Virus record (IMG/VR): IMGVR_UViG_3300017913_002045
Location: 1 to 32,755 of that record
Reading direction: 5' to 3' (one strand)
Source of the DNA: a virus
Taxonomy: Duplodnaviria; Caudoviricetes
Length of the DNA stretch: 32,755 nucleotides
In this document: positions 18,187 through 26,398 of the stretch, one piece after another
Position numbering within the stretch: the first letter of the stretch is position 1
Layout of the letters: every line of letters starts with the position of its first letter
Program-made: the position numbers and the translations under genes
Notes under the pieces: generated by a model
The model's input: only the letters and a program-made list of their open reading frames with translations
The model's database searches: none
Told to the model about the DNA's origin: nothing

Positions 18187-18403
18187 TTTGTAAGCGTTAT
18201 GAAGTTTATATGGACTCCGGGGCAGTACCGGACGCCTCCACCATAAACACATTTACTGAGTGTCTTTATGATGGGGGCGAAATAGGATTCGACATGTGGG
18301 CTAGTTTACAAAACACAACTGCAAATTCAAACTTTGCACCTTCTGATTACGCTCTAGCAGCATAATTAAGGGGGCGGGTACTGCCTAGCAACAGAAGTGC
18401 CAC
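18187..18403 (+). ncRNA. ssrA: Circularly permuted two-piece tmRNA, tag ANSNFAPSDYALAA
   Basis: T-arm TCCGG-GGCAGTA-CCGGA and CGCCTCC-A-CCA (ends 18243) precede GGGGGCG-AAATAGGATTCGAC (18273); G3-U70 pair; tag frame 18321-18365; outer ends approximate. Confidence 0.92.
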
Positions 18404-18419
18404 ACTAAAGGATATTGAA

Positions 18420-18548
18420 ATGGCATTGATTTGGACAGGAATACAATATACGAGTTTAGCCGCACTACTGGGAATGTGTGTGACGAAATGGGTCATTGAT
18501 TTCCGTGCTTGGAGAGCAGGCAGACAAAAGCCAAAGTGCTGCGGATAA
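18420..18548 (+). CDS. 42-aa single-TM peptide ending KPKCCG
   Basis: AAGGA SD; hydrophobic stretch followed by a basic tail. Confidence 0.45.
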   Translation: MALIWTGIQYTSLAALLGMCVTKWVIDFRAWRAGRQKPKCCG

Positions 18549-18640
18549 AACTGCTACACTTTAGCGCACCTATCTCCGGTTTACTATACGCAACTTCTGT
18601 GCTATATATTGTTATATAGATTCACACACAGGAGTTCCAA

Positions 18641-18991
18641 ATGGAAATGAAACCAAAGCCCATTGGTTGGGCAACAACTATCACTTCACTACGCAGCGAA
18701 TTAGGACTTATGTGGTCAAGTTTTATGACTATTGAAAATTCACCATTACGCAAACTAGATCCAAGAGTATCTCATATGATATTCCAATGCCTTGCATTTA
18801 TTTGGAGCGGATTGTTTGCTGTAATGATTGGCAGTTACATGGCATTTGGTATCAGTGCAGTATTCCATATTTGTTTGATAACAGGTATTTTTGTAACAGC
18901 AGTGACACTCAATGAAGCAGACAAGCGTCCACAAACATTCAATCGCCTAGGTGGTTATAACGGTCGTGGCAATGGAGGCGAGCATGAGTGA
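18641..18991 (+). CDS. Two-TM membrane protein
   Basis: AGGAG SD; NSPLRKLD..HMIFQCLAFIW followed by two hydrophobic helices. Confidence 0.7.
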   Translation: MEMKPKPIGWATTITSLRSELGLMWSSFMTIENSPLRKLDPRVSHMIFQCLAFIWSGLFAVMIGSYMAFGISAVFHICLITGIFVTAVTLNEADKRPQTFNRLGGYNGRGNGGEHE

Positions 18992-19187
18992 TGATGTAAG
19001 AGCAGCCGCACAAAAGCAAGCAGAAGAGGCAATGGACGGTTTTATTCTTTGGAGTAAAAGAGTGACACTGTGGAGTGCTTTCTTTTTATGTGTAACTGTA
19101 TTCGCCTGCAATAGTGGTGTAGATGGCACAGGCAGTGGTTATAATGGTGAGCAGTATAGCCCAAGTAATGTAAGTGTAAAAGATTAA
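18984..19187 (+). CDS. Small single-TM protein with weak resemblance to aa3 oxidase subunit IV
   Basis: GGAGG SD; QAEEAMDGFILWSKRVTLW followed by a hydrophobic helix. Confidence 0.45.
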   Translation: MSDDVRAAAQKQAEEAMDGFILWSKRVTLWSAFFLCVTVFACNSGVDGTGSGYNGEQYSPSNVSVKD

Positions 19188-19600
19188 TGATTAAAACAAT
19201 AACAAATAATATTCCAGAATTTTGTATGAGTCACTGGCTCATTCGTATTCCACTGATAGTGGTATTCCTACAGCAAGGCTTTGACAAATGGCCAATTGAT
19301 GCAGAAACAGCAGCAGCATATGAACTTACACTGTTGGTTTGGGCCTTTGTCGTGTTAGGTGAAATTGGTGCAGGCCTTGGCTTGATTGCTGGAGGCTTGT
19401 TAGATTATACCAAAGGCATGTTCAAAGAACTAGGTGACTTGATTACACGATTCTCGGGTATTACAATCACAGGTATTATGACAGGTGTGATTTGGTTGAG
19501 CGAACCTACTAGTTTTACAGAGGTTATTCTATATGATAACTTCCATGTGCTACTATGGGTAGGCGGAATGTATTTTGCACTGCGAGGTAACAGGACTTGA
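19187..19600 (+). CDS. DoxX-family membrane protein
   Basis: LIRIPL..FLQQGFDKWP, GEIGAGLGL, about four TM segments. Confidence 0.75.
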   Translation: MIKTITNNIPEFCMSHWLIRIPLIVVFLQQGFDKWPIDAETAAAYELTLLVWAFVVLGEIGAGLGLIAGGLLDYTKGMFKELGDLITRFSGITITGIMTGVIWLSEPTSFTEVILYDNFHVLLWVGGMYFALRGNRT

Positions 19601-19764
19601 GTAAACCAAACGACAAATTTAAACTTAGTGTAAGAGACATTGAGATTATTGAAGATGCGCTTTTAGAAAAAGAGCAAACAGCAGAAATACAAAACCTACT
19701 GGGACGCATACACAATCAAAAGAATTGGTATCGTCCAAAAGACGCAATCTATGTAGGAGGATAA
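19597..19764 (+). CDS. 55-aa protein MSKPNDKF...LLGRIHNQKNWYRPKDAIYVGG (absent from the ORF track)
   Basis: TTG start overlapping the DoxX stop, GAGG SD. Confidence 0.6.
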   Translation: MSKPNDKFKLSVRDIEIIEDALLEKEQTAEIQNLLGRIHNQKNWYRPKDAIYVGG

Positions 19765-19809
19765 AGATGTTGCTGATTTGCAACAGTAGTATCAAAAATA
19801 AAATAGTTC

Positions 19810-19870
19810 TTGCACTTGCAGCAAGAGAATGTTATAAATAGACTGTGGGCCGGAATGATTCCGAGCCCAC
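19810..19870 (+). promoter_or_regulatory. Porin promoter and 5' leader hairpin
   Basis: TTGCAC-N17-TATAAATA (19833-19840); GTGGGCCGGAA-tga-TTCCGaGCCCAC 19845-19870. Confidence 0.6.
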
Positions 19871-19903
19871 TTATTTTTACACATAATTAGAAGGGAAAAT
19901 AAT

Positions 19904-20692
19904 ATGCGTAAGGTATTTAGCATTGTGGCAGCAACTTTGTTTGCAGGCGCAGCTATTGCTGAAGAAGCAATGGTAGTCCCCGGTCCAGTTTTGTCAGGTG
20001 AAGTTGCATTAGACTTTGCAGAAACAGCAGCAGGCGATTGGGGCGGATCAATGGGTGTCGATCTAGACATCACAGCAGCAGGTTTGGCTTCTATCGATTT
20101 AGAATTTGATGCAACACAAGGTGAAGCATTGGAACTAGACGACTGGACAGTTGGCACATCAGTAACAGGCGTTGGTATTGCATTTGGCAACGACAACGGT
20201 GTATTTGTTGGAGCAGAAGGCGAACATACACTAGCAGATCCAGATATGGCTGAATCAATCGAAGTTACTGTGGGTGACGCAGCAGTTGCAGTTGGTTTCA
20301 CTGACTGGACAGCAGACATCACTGATGTAAGCAACATTCAAGGTTCATACACAATTGATGCAGGCGTTGCATTGGTGACAGCAGCAGGTGACTACAACAT
20401 GGACAGCGAAAACATCGTTGTTGGTGCAGAAGTTGCAGGCGTATCAGTTGGCGAAGTAGCACTAGGTGGTGCAGTAACATATGACACAGATGCAGAAATG
20501 TTTGCATTTGAAGGTGTTGCAGGCGCAATGGGTTTGACAGCATATGTCAACGGTGACCAAGACGATGCATTCCAAAACATTGGTGGTGATTACACACTAC
20601 CAGTTGCTGGTGCAGAGTTGACAGCAGGCGTAAACTACGATGTGGAAGCAGAAGAGTTCACACCAACTGTAGGCGTAAGTTTCTCGTTCTAA
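19904..20692 (+). CDS. Outer-membrane beta-barrel porin (alphaproteobacterial type)
   Basis: Signal peptide ending AIA, alternating beta strands, very acidic, C-terminal GVSFSF BAM signal. Confidence 0.8.
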   Translation: MRKVFSIVAATLFAGAAIAEEAMVVPGPVLSGEVALDFAETAAGDWGGSMGVDLDITAAGLASIDLEFDATQGEALELDDWTVGTSVTGVGIAFGNDNGVFVGAEGEHTLADPDMAESIEVTVGDAAVAVGFTDWTADITDVSNIQGSYTIDAGVALVTAAGDYNMDSENIVVGAEVAGVSVGEVALGGAVTYDTDAEMFAFEGVAGAMGLTAYVNGDQDDAFQNIGGDYTLPVAGAELTAGVNYDVEAEEFTPTVGVSFSF

Positions 20693-20717
20693 GATAAGAA
20701 CATAGAGAAAGCAGTTC

Positions 20718-20747
20718 AAAAGGCCTCTTCGGGGGCCTTTTATTTTT
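20718..20747 (+). terminator. Rho-independent terminator
   Basis: AAAAGGCCTC-TTCG-GGGGCCTTTT-ATTTTT. Confidence 0.9.
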
Positions 20748-20776
20748 GGCCGATAAATATTTCGGAGGGCAACAAA

Positions 20777-21262
20777 ATGCAAAACAATGAATATGATGTA
20801 GTGGTCATCAAAGTGCTTGATGGCGACACAGTCGATGTAGATATCAATCTAGGGTTTGGGGTTTGGTTACACGACGAAAGAGTGCGTATCATGGGCATAG
20901 ATACACCAGAAAGCAGAACCAGAGATAAAGTAGAAGACTTGTTTGGTGAAGCAGCAAAAGCAAGACTCATTGAATTAATGGAACATGGCGGCAAGTTGGT
21001 CACTACTGAAAATCGTCACGGAGAGGATATGAAGGGCAAGTTTGGCCGTATCCTGGGAGACTTTGTGGTAGAACGCTACGAAGGCAAACCAGAAAGAGTC
21101 ACAGACATATTGATCGAAGAAGGCCATGCAGTAGCGTATTTTGGCGGCAGCAAAGAAGAAATAGCACTCAAGCACGAAGCCAATAGACAGAAATTATTGC
21201 GTGAAGGCATAATCAGTCAAGAAGATTTTGACGAAGCTGTGAGATTAATGGAAGACAAATAA
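20777..21262 (+). CDS. Thermonuclease (SNase-like)
   Basis: KVLDGDTVD, RVRIMGIDTPE, GKFGRILG. Confidence 0.88.
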   Translation: MQNNEYDVVVIKVLDGDTVDVDINLGFGVWLHDERVRIMGIDTPESRTRDKVEDLFGEAAKARLIELMEHGGKLVTTENRHGEDMKGKFGRILGDFVVERYEGKPERVTDILIEEGHAVAYFGGSKEEIALKHEANRQKLLREGIISQEDFDEAVRLMEDK

Positions 21263-21266
21263 AAGG

Positions 21267-21326
21267 TTGACTTTGTGTACACTCCTGTTATACTAGTAGA
21301 GTAGTTACAGTATAGCAGGAGTTTTT
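21267..21326 (+). promoter_or_regulatory. Sigma70-type promoter inside an SD-sequestering/terminator hairpin
   Basis: TTGACT-N16-TATACT; ACTCCTGTTATACT(21281-21294)/AGTATAGCAGGAGT(21309-21322). Confidence 0.65.
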
Positions 21327-21328
21327 CT

Positions 21329-21691
21329 ATGTCGATGCATCTTGTAGGTCCTTATATGACCACAACCAAGTACAATCGTAAACAGAAAGCAAGCAAGAGC
21401 AAACGCCTTGCAGCAGCACAAGCAGAACACGAACAGTTTCTAGCTAAGATGGGTGTCAAAGGCACAGGCAGCACATATCGTGCAGAAATGCCTGACTACA
21501 AATCTCACAGCACAAACACTGTTCCTACAAGTGATCGTATTGACGGACACGCACCACAAAAAGAACGCAATGTATATTCAGGCGAGCGTACATTGCTAGG
21601 TGTTGCTACAATGCACAAGTCAAACATGGTACCAGTATTTGCGGACAAGAAAGAAGATGCAAAAGACATCGCCGCAATGCGTAGAAATTAA
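21329..21691 (+). CDS. Hypothetical phage protein
   Basis: AGGAG SD; GVATMHKSNMVPVF motif. Confidence 0.7.
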   Translation: MSMHLVGPYMTTTKYNRKQKASKSKRLAAAQAEHEQFLAKMGVKGTGSTYRAEMPDYKSHSTNTVPTSDRIDGHAPQKERNVYSGERTLLGVATMHKSNMVPVFADKKEDAKDIAAMRRN

Positions 21692-21705
21692 TCAAAGAGG
21701 CAGTT

Positions 21706-22182
21706 ATGAAAATCTATCTTATGGCACTAGCCGTGGTGCTATCAGCAACCGTGGCACGAGCAGAGGCACTATTCGATGCGGAAAAATATCCGCAACATCA
21801 ATGCTTGGCATTGAACATTTACTATGAAGCACGGAGCAGCAATCTTGCGGACAAAGCAGCAGTTGCTGATGTTGTTCTCAATCGTGTAAATGACGGACGA
21901 TATCCAAATACCATTTGTGAAGTTGTACATGACGGATATCGCAAAGGACGCAGAGATTGTCAGTTCAGTTGGTACTGCGACGGCAAGAGTGATAATCCAC
22001 AAGATAAAGATCGTTGGGTAGAAGCTCAAATGATTGCATGGGGTATGTTGGAGTTTGACAAGTACCGTGGTATTACTGAAGGTTCAACACACTATCATGC
22101 AACATATGTAAATCCAAGCTGGGCAAAATCGCTGCAAATGGTTGGTAGAATAGGTGCGCATATTTTCTACCGCTGGGAGTAG
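21706..22182 (+). CDS. Cell wall hydrolase, SleB/Hydrolase_2 family
   Basis: Signal peptide; CLALNIYYEAR, VVLNRV, CQFSW, THYHA, IGAHIFY. Confidence 0.9.
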   Translation: MKIYLMALAVVLSATVARAEALFDAEKYPQHQCLALNIYYEARSSNLADKAAVADVVLNRVNDGRYPNTICEVVHDGYRKGRRDCQFSWYCDGKSDNPQDKDRWVEAQMIAWGMLEFDKYRGITEGSTHYHATYVNPSWAKSLQMVGRIGAHIFYRWE

Positions 22183-22195
22183 GATAAATACACTT

Positions 22196-24274
22196 ATGAT
22201 ATTAGGAATATTAGTCATGATCACGGCGCTGTCAATCAGCGCCGTTGCTATCTACTATAGCGTAAGCGGGTTAGTTGCTATCTTTGCGGCTGCCGCTATC
22301 CCCATTATTATTATGGGCAGTGTGCTTGAAATAGGCAAACTGGTTACAGCAGTTTGGTTACACTGGTATTGGCACAAAGCAAGGTGGTGGCTGAAAACAT
22401 ATTTGAGTATTGCGACCGTTGTGCTCATGTTCATAACAAGCATGGGTATCTTTGGCTTCTTATCAAAAGCACATATTGAGCAAACTGCTGCCGCTGAAGA
22501 AGGAGTTGCACAGCTAGAAATCATTGAACAAGATTTAGGCAGACAAGCAGATATTATTGCTAGAGCAGAGCAGCGTATTGTAGAAGCTGAAGCCAGTATT
22601 GGCACAGGTAATACTGCCATACAAGAACAAATAGACAAAGAGCAGGAACGCATTGACACAGCATACACTCGTATCGAACCTGCTATTGAAGAACAGAACA
22701 CTATTATACGCACACAGCTAGACAGCTTGGAAGACCGTGTGGCAGTATATGAAGAAGAAATAAAATCACTAGATACTGATTTACAAAGACTGAACAGTTT
22801 GGTTGCAGACTATAGAACAGAATTAAACAGCACCAGTGTTGCCAGTATAGAAGAACAAGTGCAACCCTACATAGAACAGATTGCACAGCTGGATGCAGAT
22901 CTTGAACGCATCAACACACAAGCAAATGAATATGAGCAGCGCATCAGTGAAGTAGAAATAGATACAAGTGCAATAGAAGCTCTCAAGACCAGAATAGCAG
23001 TTTTAGAAGAAACTATTGTTGTGATCACCAATAAGTTGCAAAGTAGAGAACGAGATAAGATCCGTGAAGGACAAGCAGTGATTGGTGTAACCAGCGATGG
23101 ACTGTTTGGCAGCAACACTAGAAGAGCATTGGAAACTTGGGTAGCAGCACAACAGGATCGTATTGCACAACTGCAAGAACAAGAGACACAGTTGCGCACA
23201 CAAGCACAAGCAACACTTGATGCTGAAAGAAATCGTTTGACAGATCAAGTAAAAGATCTGCGTGGCAACCAAACTGATGCAGTGCTACAGCGCAAACAAG
23301 GCTTGTTAGATGCTATTGATGCAATACGCACAAACGCTATTGCAGATGCAAAGACTGCAAAAGACAGCATTCAAACAAAGATTGACACAGTAATTAACAC
23401 AGACATACCTGCTAACCGCAGTGCAAGAGCAACAGCACAAGAAGCGATCACAGCACTACGCCAAGCAGATGATCCACGCATCAATGCAGCTAGACAAACC
23501 ATTAAAGATTTGCGAGCCAGTGCAGATGCGCAAATTGCAGCAAGCAACGAATTAATTCAAAGATTACGAGACAACTTGACTGTTGGTAAAGATCCAGCAG
23601 TGGAAGCCGTAATAGAAGAACAGACACAGCGTATAATAGAAGCCAATAATTCTATTGACAAACTAACAGAAAACAAGTATGCTCTTCAAGCAGAGTATAG
23701 AAAATTAGAAGCAGAAGTAGGACCGGTAAAATATCTAGCAGAGTTCATTTATGATGATGCAGATAAGGATGTATTGGAAGAAGCAGTAAGATGGGTAATA
23801 ATTGTAATAATCTTTGTATTCGATCCACTGGCAGTCCTCCTGCTGATTGCGAGCCAGGCCACATTCGAGATGCGCAGACGGGAGCATCATCGGCTAGGCT
23901 CCGAGGAGAAATTCAATGACAATGAAAGCAATGATCATCAGCATGATGAACATGCACAATCCGGAAGTGAAGACAACGGATCTGCAGAAACCAACGCCGA
24001 CGATACCAACACCAGTGAAGAAGACATGCACGCCTATGCCGCAATGTATGAACCAACTGGAACCGGCACTGATGGAGGAATGCCTGCCACAAGAGTTCTT
24101 GAACCCCAGCAAGAAGCGAGACGACTTGAGCTAGAATTAAAGGAAGCAGACGAAAATCTGCTTTTAAAAAAGCGTGAGTGGAAAGCAGCAAATCCAGATG
24201 TGCAGTTGAAAAGAATCAAACGTGACTATATAATGGGTAAGATTGAAAAACTACCGTGGGAAACAAATGACTGA
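22196..24274 (+). CDS. Membrane-anchored long coiled-coil protein with central peptidoglycan-binding-like motif
   Basis: Three to four N-terminal TMs, about 430-aa heptad region, GVTSDGLFGSNTRRAL, TM VIIFVFDPLAVLLLIA, acidic tail. Confidence 0.7.
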   Translation: MILGILVMITALSISAVAIYYSVSGLVAIFAAAAIPIIIMGSVLEIGKLVTAVWLHWYWHKARWWLKTYLSIATVVLMFITSMGIFGFLSKAHIEQTAAAEEGVAQLEIIEQDLGRQADIIARAEQRIVEAEASIGTGNTAIQEQIDKEQERIDTAYTRIEPAIEEQNTIIRTQLDSLEDRVAVYEEEIKSLDTDLQRLNSLVADYRTELNSTSVASIEEQVQPYIEQIAQLDADLERINTQANEYEQRISEVEIDTSAIEALKTRIAVLEETIVVITNKLQSRERDKIREGQAVIGVTSDGLFGSNTRRALETWVAAQQDRIAQLQEQETQLRTQAQATLDAERNRLTDQVKDLRGNQTDAVLQRKQGLLDAIDAIRTNAIADAKTAKDSIQTKIDTVINTDIPANRSARATAQEAITALRQADDPRINAARQTIKDLRASADAQIAASNELIQRLRDNLTVGKDPAVEAVIEEQTQRIIEANNSIDKLTENKYALQAEYRKLEAEVGPVKYLAEFIYDDADKDVLEEAVRWVIIVIIFVFDPLAVLLLIASQATFEMRRREHHRLGSEEKFNDNESNDHQHDEHAQSGSEDNGSAETNADDTNTSEEDMHAYAAMYEPTGTGTDGGMPATRVLEPQQEARRLELELKEADENLLLKKREWKAANPDVQLKRIKRDYIMGKIEKLPWETND

Positions 24275-24647
24275 TGTAACACTGATTACACCTCCAGATA
24301 AACTTTTTAACAACACATTCACTATACTATTAATCAATCCAAATGGCGAAACTAGACAGGGCTTGAGTGATATGTTGCGTGAATCACGCAAGGAAGTAAA
24401 TGTTTACTTGTTTGATGACAGTGCTAGTAACGATATTGAATGGGTATTAGACATTATGTCACAAGCACAAATCACTGTGCTCGATTTGGACAACAGCGGC
24501 ACTCTTGTAAGAAACTTTGCTAGTTTTATAATGGCAAATCCAAAAACTTTTTACTTGACAAATGATCAACTTACACCGTATAATCTAATAAGTGCCAATA
24601 GGATATATGATGTCTATTGGTTACAAAACATCTTAAATGAGGAATAA
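24267..24647 (+). CDS. Hypothetical protein (alpha/beta)
   Basis: Overlaps the previous stop; operon context. Confidence 0.6.
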   Translation: MTDVTLITPPDKLFNNTFTILLINPNGETRQGLSDMLRESRKEVNVYLFDDSASNDIEWVLDIMSQAQITVLDLDNSGTLVRNFASFIMANPKTFYLTNDQLTPYNLISANRIYDVYWLQNILNEE

Positions 24648-24884
24648 ATGGCTAGATTTAAGAAAAATGACGACGGTCCTAGAGGTCTTGTTGTAGAAGT
24701 TCACAACAATGACTTAGGCAAGGCACTGCGTAAATTTAAAAAGAAAATTGCTGAAGACGGTATTCTACAGGACCTACGTAAACGTGAGTACTATGAATCC
24801 AAAGGCACCAAACGCCGCAAAGAAAAAGAAGCAGCGATTCGTCGTTACAAACGACAACGTGCAAAAGACGCTGATAAATGGTAA
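24648..24884 (+). CDS. rpsU: Ribosomal protein bS21
   Basis: VEVHNNDLGKALRKFKKK...LRKREYYE.K..KRR..K.AA.RR. Confidence 0.9.
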   Translation: MARFKKNDDGPRGLVVEVHNNDLGKALRKFKKKIAEDGILQDLRKREYYESKGTKRRKEKEAAIRRYKRQRAKDADKW

Positions 24885-25537
24885 ACCATTTGTATGCCTT
24901 AGGTTGCAGTTGGACCGAAGGTACAGACGATGAAGCACAACAGGATGGTTGGGTTGGCAGATTAAGTTCGCAACTCAACTGTTCTTATACTAACCTAGGA
25001 GGCCAAGGCGATAGTAACTGGCAACAGTACGAACGTTTCTTGCAACAACCTAAACAGAAAAATAGTTTAGCAATTTTTGGATTGAGTGCGATCAGTAGAA
25101 CTGTAGGCAAAAACGGTGATACATTATACGGCGGCGATTTTGATAAAAATTACATGTCAAAGTATTACAATGAAAATTTAATAAAATTTCAAACAAATGT
25201 TTTGATACACAGTTTCCAGCATTATTGTTATACACACAATATTCCACATCTTACGTTTATTAGTTTTGATGACCTTTCATTGTTTCAAACACACTATGAT
25301 TTTATAAACTACGATGATGTTGTGACAACTACCACTATGCGTTCATATCTCGAAGGTGATAATAACATGAGTGGTGATGTTGCTGATAGCACCAAGTTTG
25401 TGCAAAAACTTTTTGGTAGACAAGCGATTGCAAATAAAGTAAACTTAAAGTACTTTAGTAAAGACGGTCATCCAAATGCAAAAGGTTATGAATACTGGTC
25501 CGAATTTTTGTACAATAGAGTTTTATTGTATAAATAA
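24878..25537 (+). CDS. SGNH/GDSL-like hydrolase
   Basis: GCSWTEG, NLGGQGDSN, DGHPNAKGY. Confidence 0.7.
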   Translation: MVNHLYALGCSWTEGTDDEAQQDGWVGRLSSQLNCSYTNLGGQGDSNWQQYERFLQQPKQKNSLAIFGLSAISRTVGKNGDTLYGGDFDKNYMSKYYNENLIKFQTNVLIHSFQHYCYTHNIPHLTFISFDDLSLFQTHYDFINYDDVVTTTTMRSYLEGDNNMSGDVADSTKFVQKLFGRQAIANKVNLKYFSKDGHPNAKGYEYWSEFLYNRVLLYK

Positions 25538-25539
25538 AT

Positions 25540-25590
25540 TGTGCGCCAAAATGGGCACATACATATCTTGCTTTATAAAGGAGAAATGAA
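25540..25590 (+). promoter_or_regulatory. ROSE-like RNA thermometer in the Hsp20 leader
   Basis: TCTTGCTT-tata-AAGGAGA places UUGCU with a bulged G opposite the SD; an upstream hairpin at 25540-25559; TATAAATA 25529-25536. Confidence 0.65.
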
Positions 25591-26052
25591 ATGACAAGAT
25601 TAACAACTCTAGACTTACCTCACCTACATCGTGCAACAATTGGATTCGATAGAATCTTTGATGAAATGACACGAGAATTTGCAAACAGCAAATCAAGCGG
25701 GTACCCACCTTACAACATTGTACAAATGAACGAAGACGAATACATGATTAGTATTGCAGTCGCAGGGTTTGGCATGGACAACTTGGACATTACAGTTGAA
25801 AAGAATGTAATGACTGTAGAAGGTACTGCGCCAAAAGGTGGTGAAGAAGTTAATTATCTACATAAAGGAATTGGAGGACGCAATTTCCGTAGGCAATTTA
25901 CATTAGCTGAACATGTTGAGGTAGCCAATGCTACTTTAGAACTAGGAATGTTAAATATTCATCTAGTGCGTGAAGTACCAGAAGCACAAAAACCAAAGAA
26001 GATCGAAATTAAAGACTTCAATGGTTCTGTGCATGAAACAATCGAAGGCTAA
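25591..26052 (+). CDS. Small heat-shock protein (Hsp20/IbpA-like)
   Basis: IGFDR, YPPYNI, IAVAGF, YLHKGI..RNFRRQFTLAE, GMLNIHL. Confidence 0.95.
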   Translation: MTRLTTLDLPHLHRATIGFDRIFDEMTREFANSKSSGYPPYNIVQMNEDEYMISIAVAGFGMDNLDITVEKNVMTVEGTAPKGGEEVNYLHKGIGGRNFRRQFTLAEHVEVANATLELGMLNIHLVREVPEAQKPKKIEIKDFNGSVHETIEG

Positions 26053-26095
26053 CAGTCTAGGGGGGAGTAACATCCCCCCATTTAAGGAATATAAT

Positions 26096-26398
26096 ATGAG
26101 TGTAAATGTAGAAATAGACGAAAAAATCAAAATTGAAATCAAAGAGCCTAACACATTTAAGGTTATATTCTTGAATGATGATCAGACGCCAATGGACTTT
26201 GTAGTGGCGTTGATGATAGAAATTTTTAGACACAGTGAGACAACAGCGCATAGTTTAACTATGAAGATTCATGAAGAGGGCAGCGGAGTAGTAGGTGAAT
26301 ACTTCTATGAAGTTGCAGAGCAAAAAGCAATAGAAGCACAAAACCTATGTAAAGAACACGGATTTCCGCTGCGAATTACATTAGAGGAAAATAAATGA
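26096..26398 (+). CDS. clpS: ATP-dependent Clp protease adaptor ClpS
   Basis: KVIFLNDDQTPMDFVV, IHEEG, EVAEQK, FPL. Confidence 0.92.
   Translation: MSVNVEIDEKIKIEIKEPNTFKVIFLNDDQTPMDFVVALMIEIFRHSETTAHSLTMKIHEEGSGVVGEYFYEVAEQKAIEAQNLCKEHGFPLRITLEENK

Noticed and set aside
18211-18243. Stand-alone tRNA or attachment-site fragment
   Set aside because: No anticodon arm; it is explained as the acceptor piece of the permuted tmRNA
18145-18252. N-terminal extension of the radical SAM ORF in the ORF track
   Set aside because: It overlaps the tmRNA and its promoter; ATG 18144 fits the late-promoter spacing
18599-18614. NrdR-box-like CTATATATTG
   Set aside because: Single copy, far from nrdAB, in AT-rich promoter-like sequence
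19792-20580. Long antisense ORFs over the porin (and similar ones over 5044, 6169 and 22196)
   Set aside because: Expected by-products of sense-strand codon bias; no SD or recognisable motifs
26060-26082. GGGGGA/TCCCCC hairpin as a strong terminator after Hsp20
   Set aside because: Stem is real but the U tract is minimal; may be only a stabilising or processing stem
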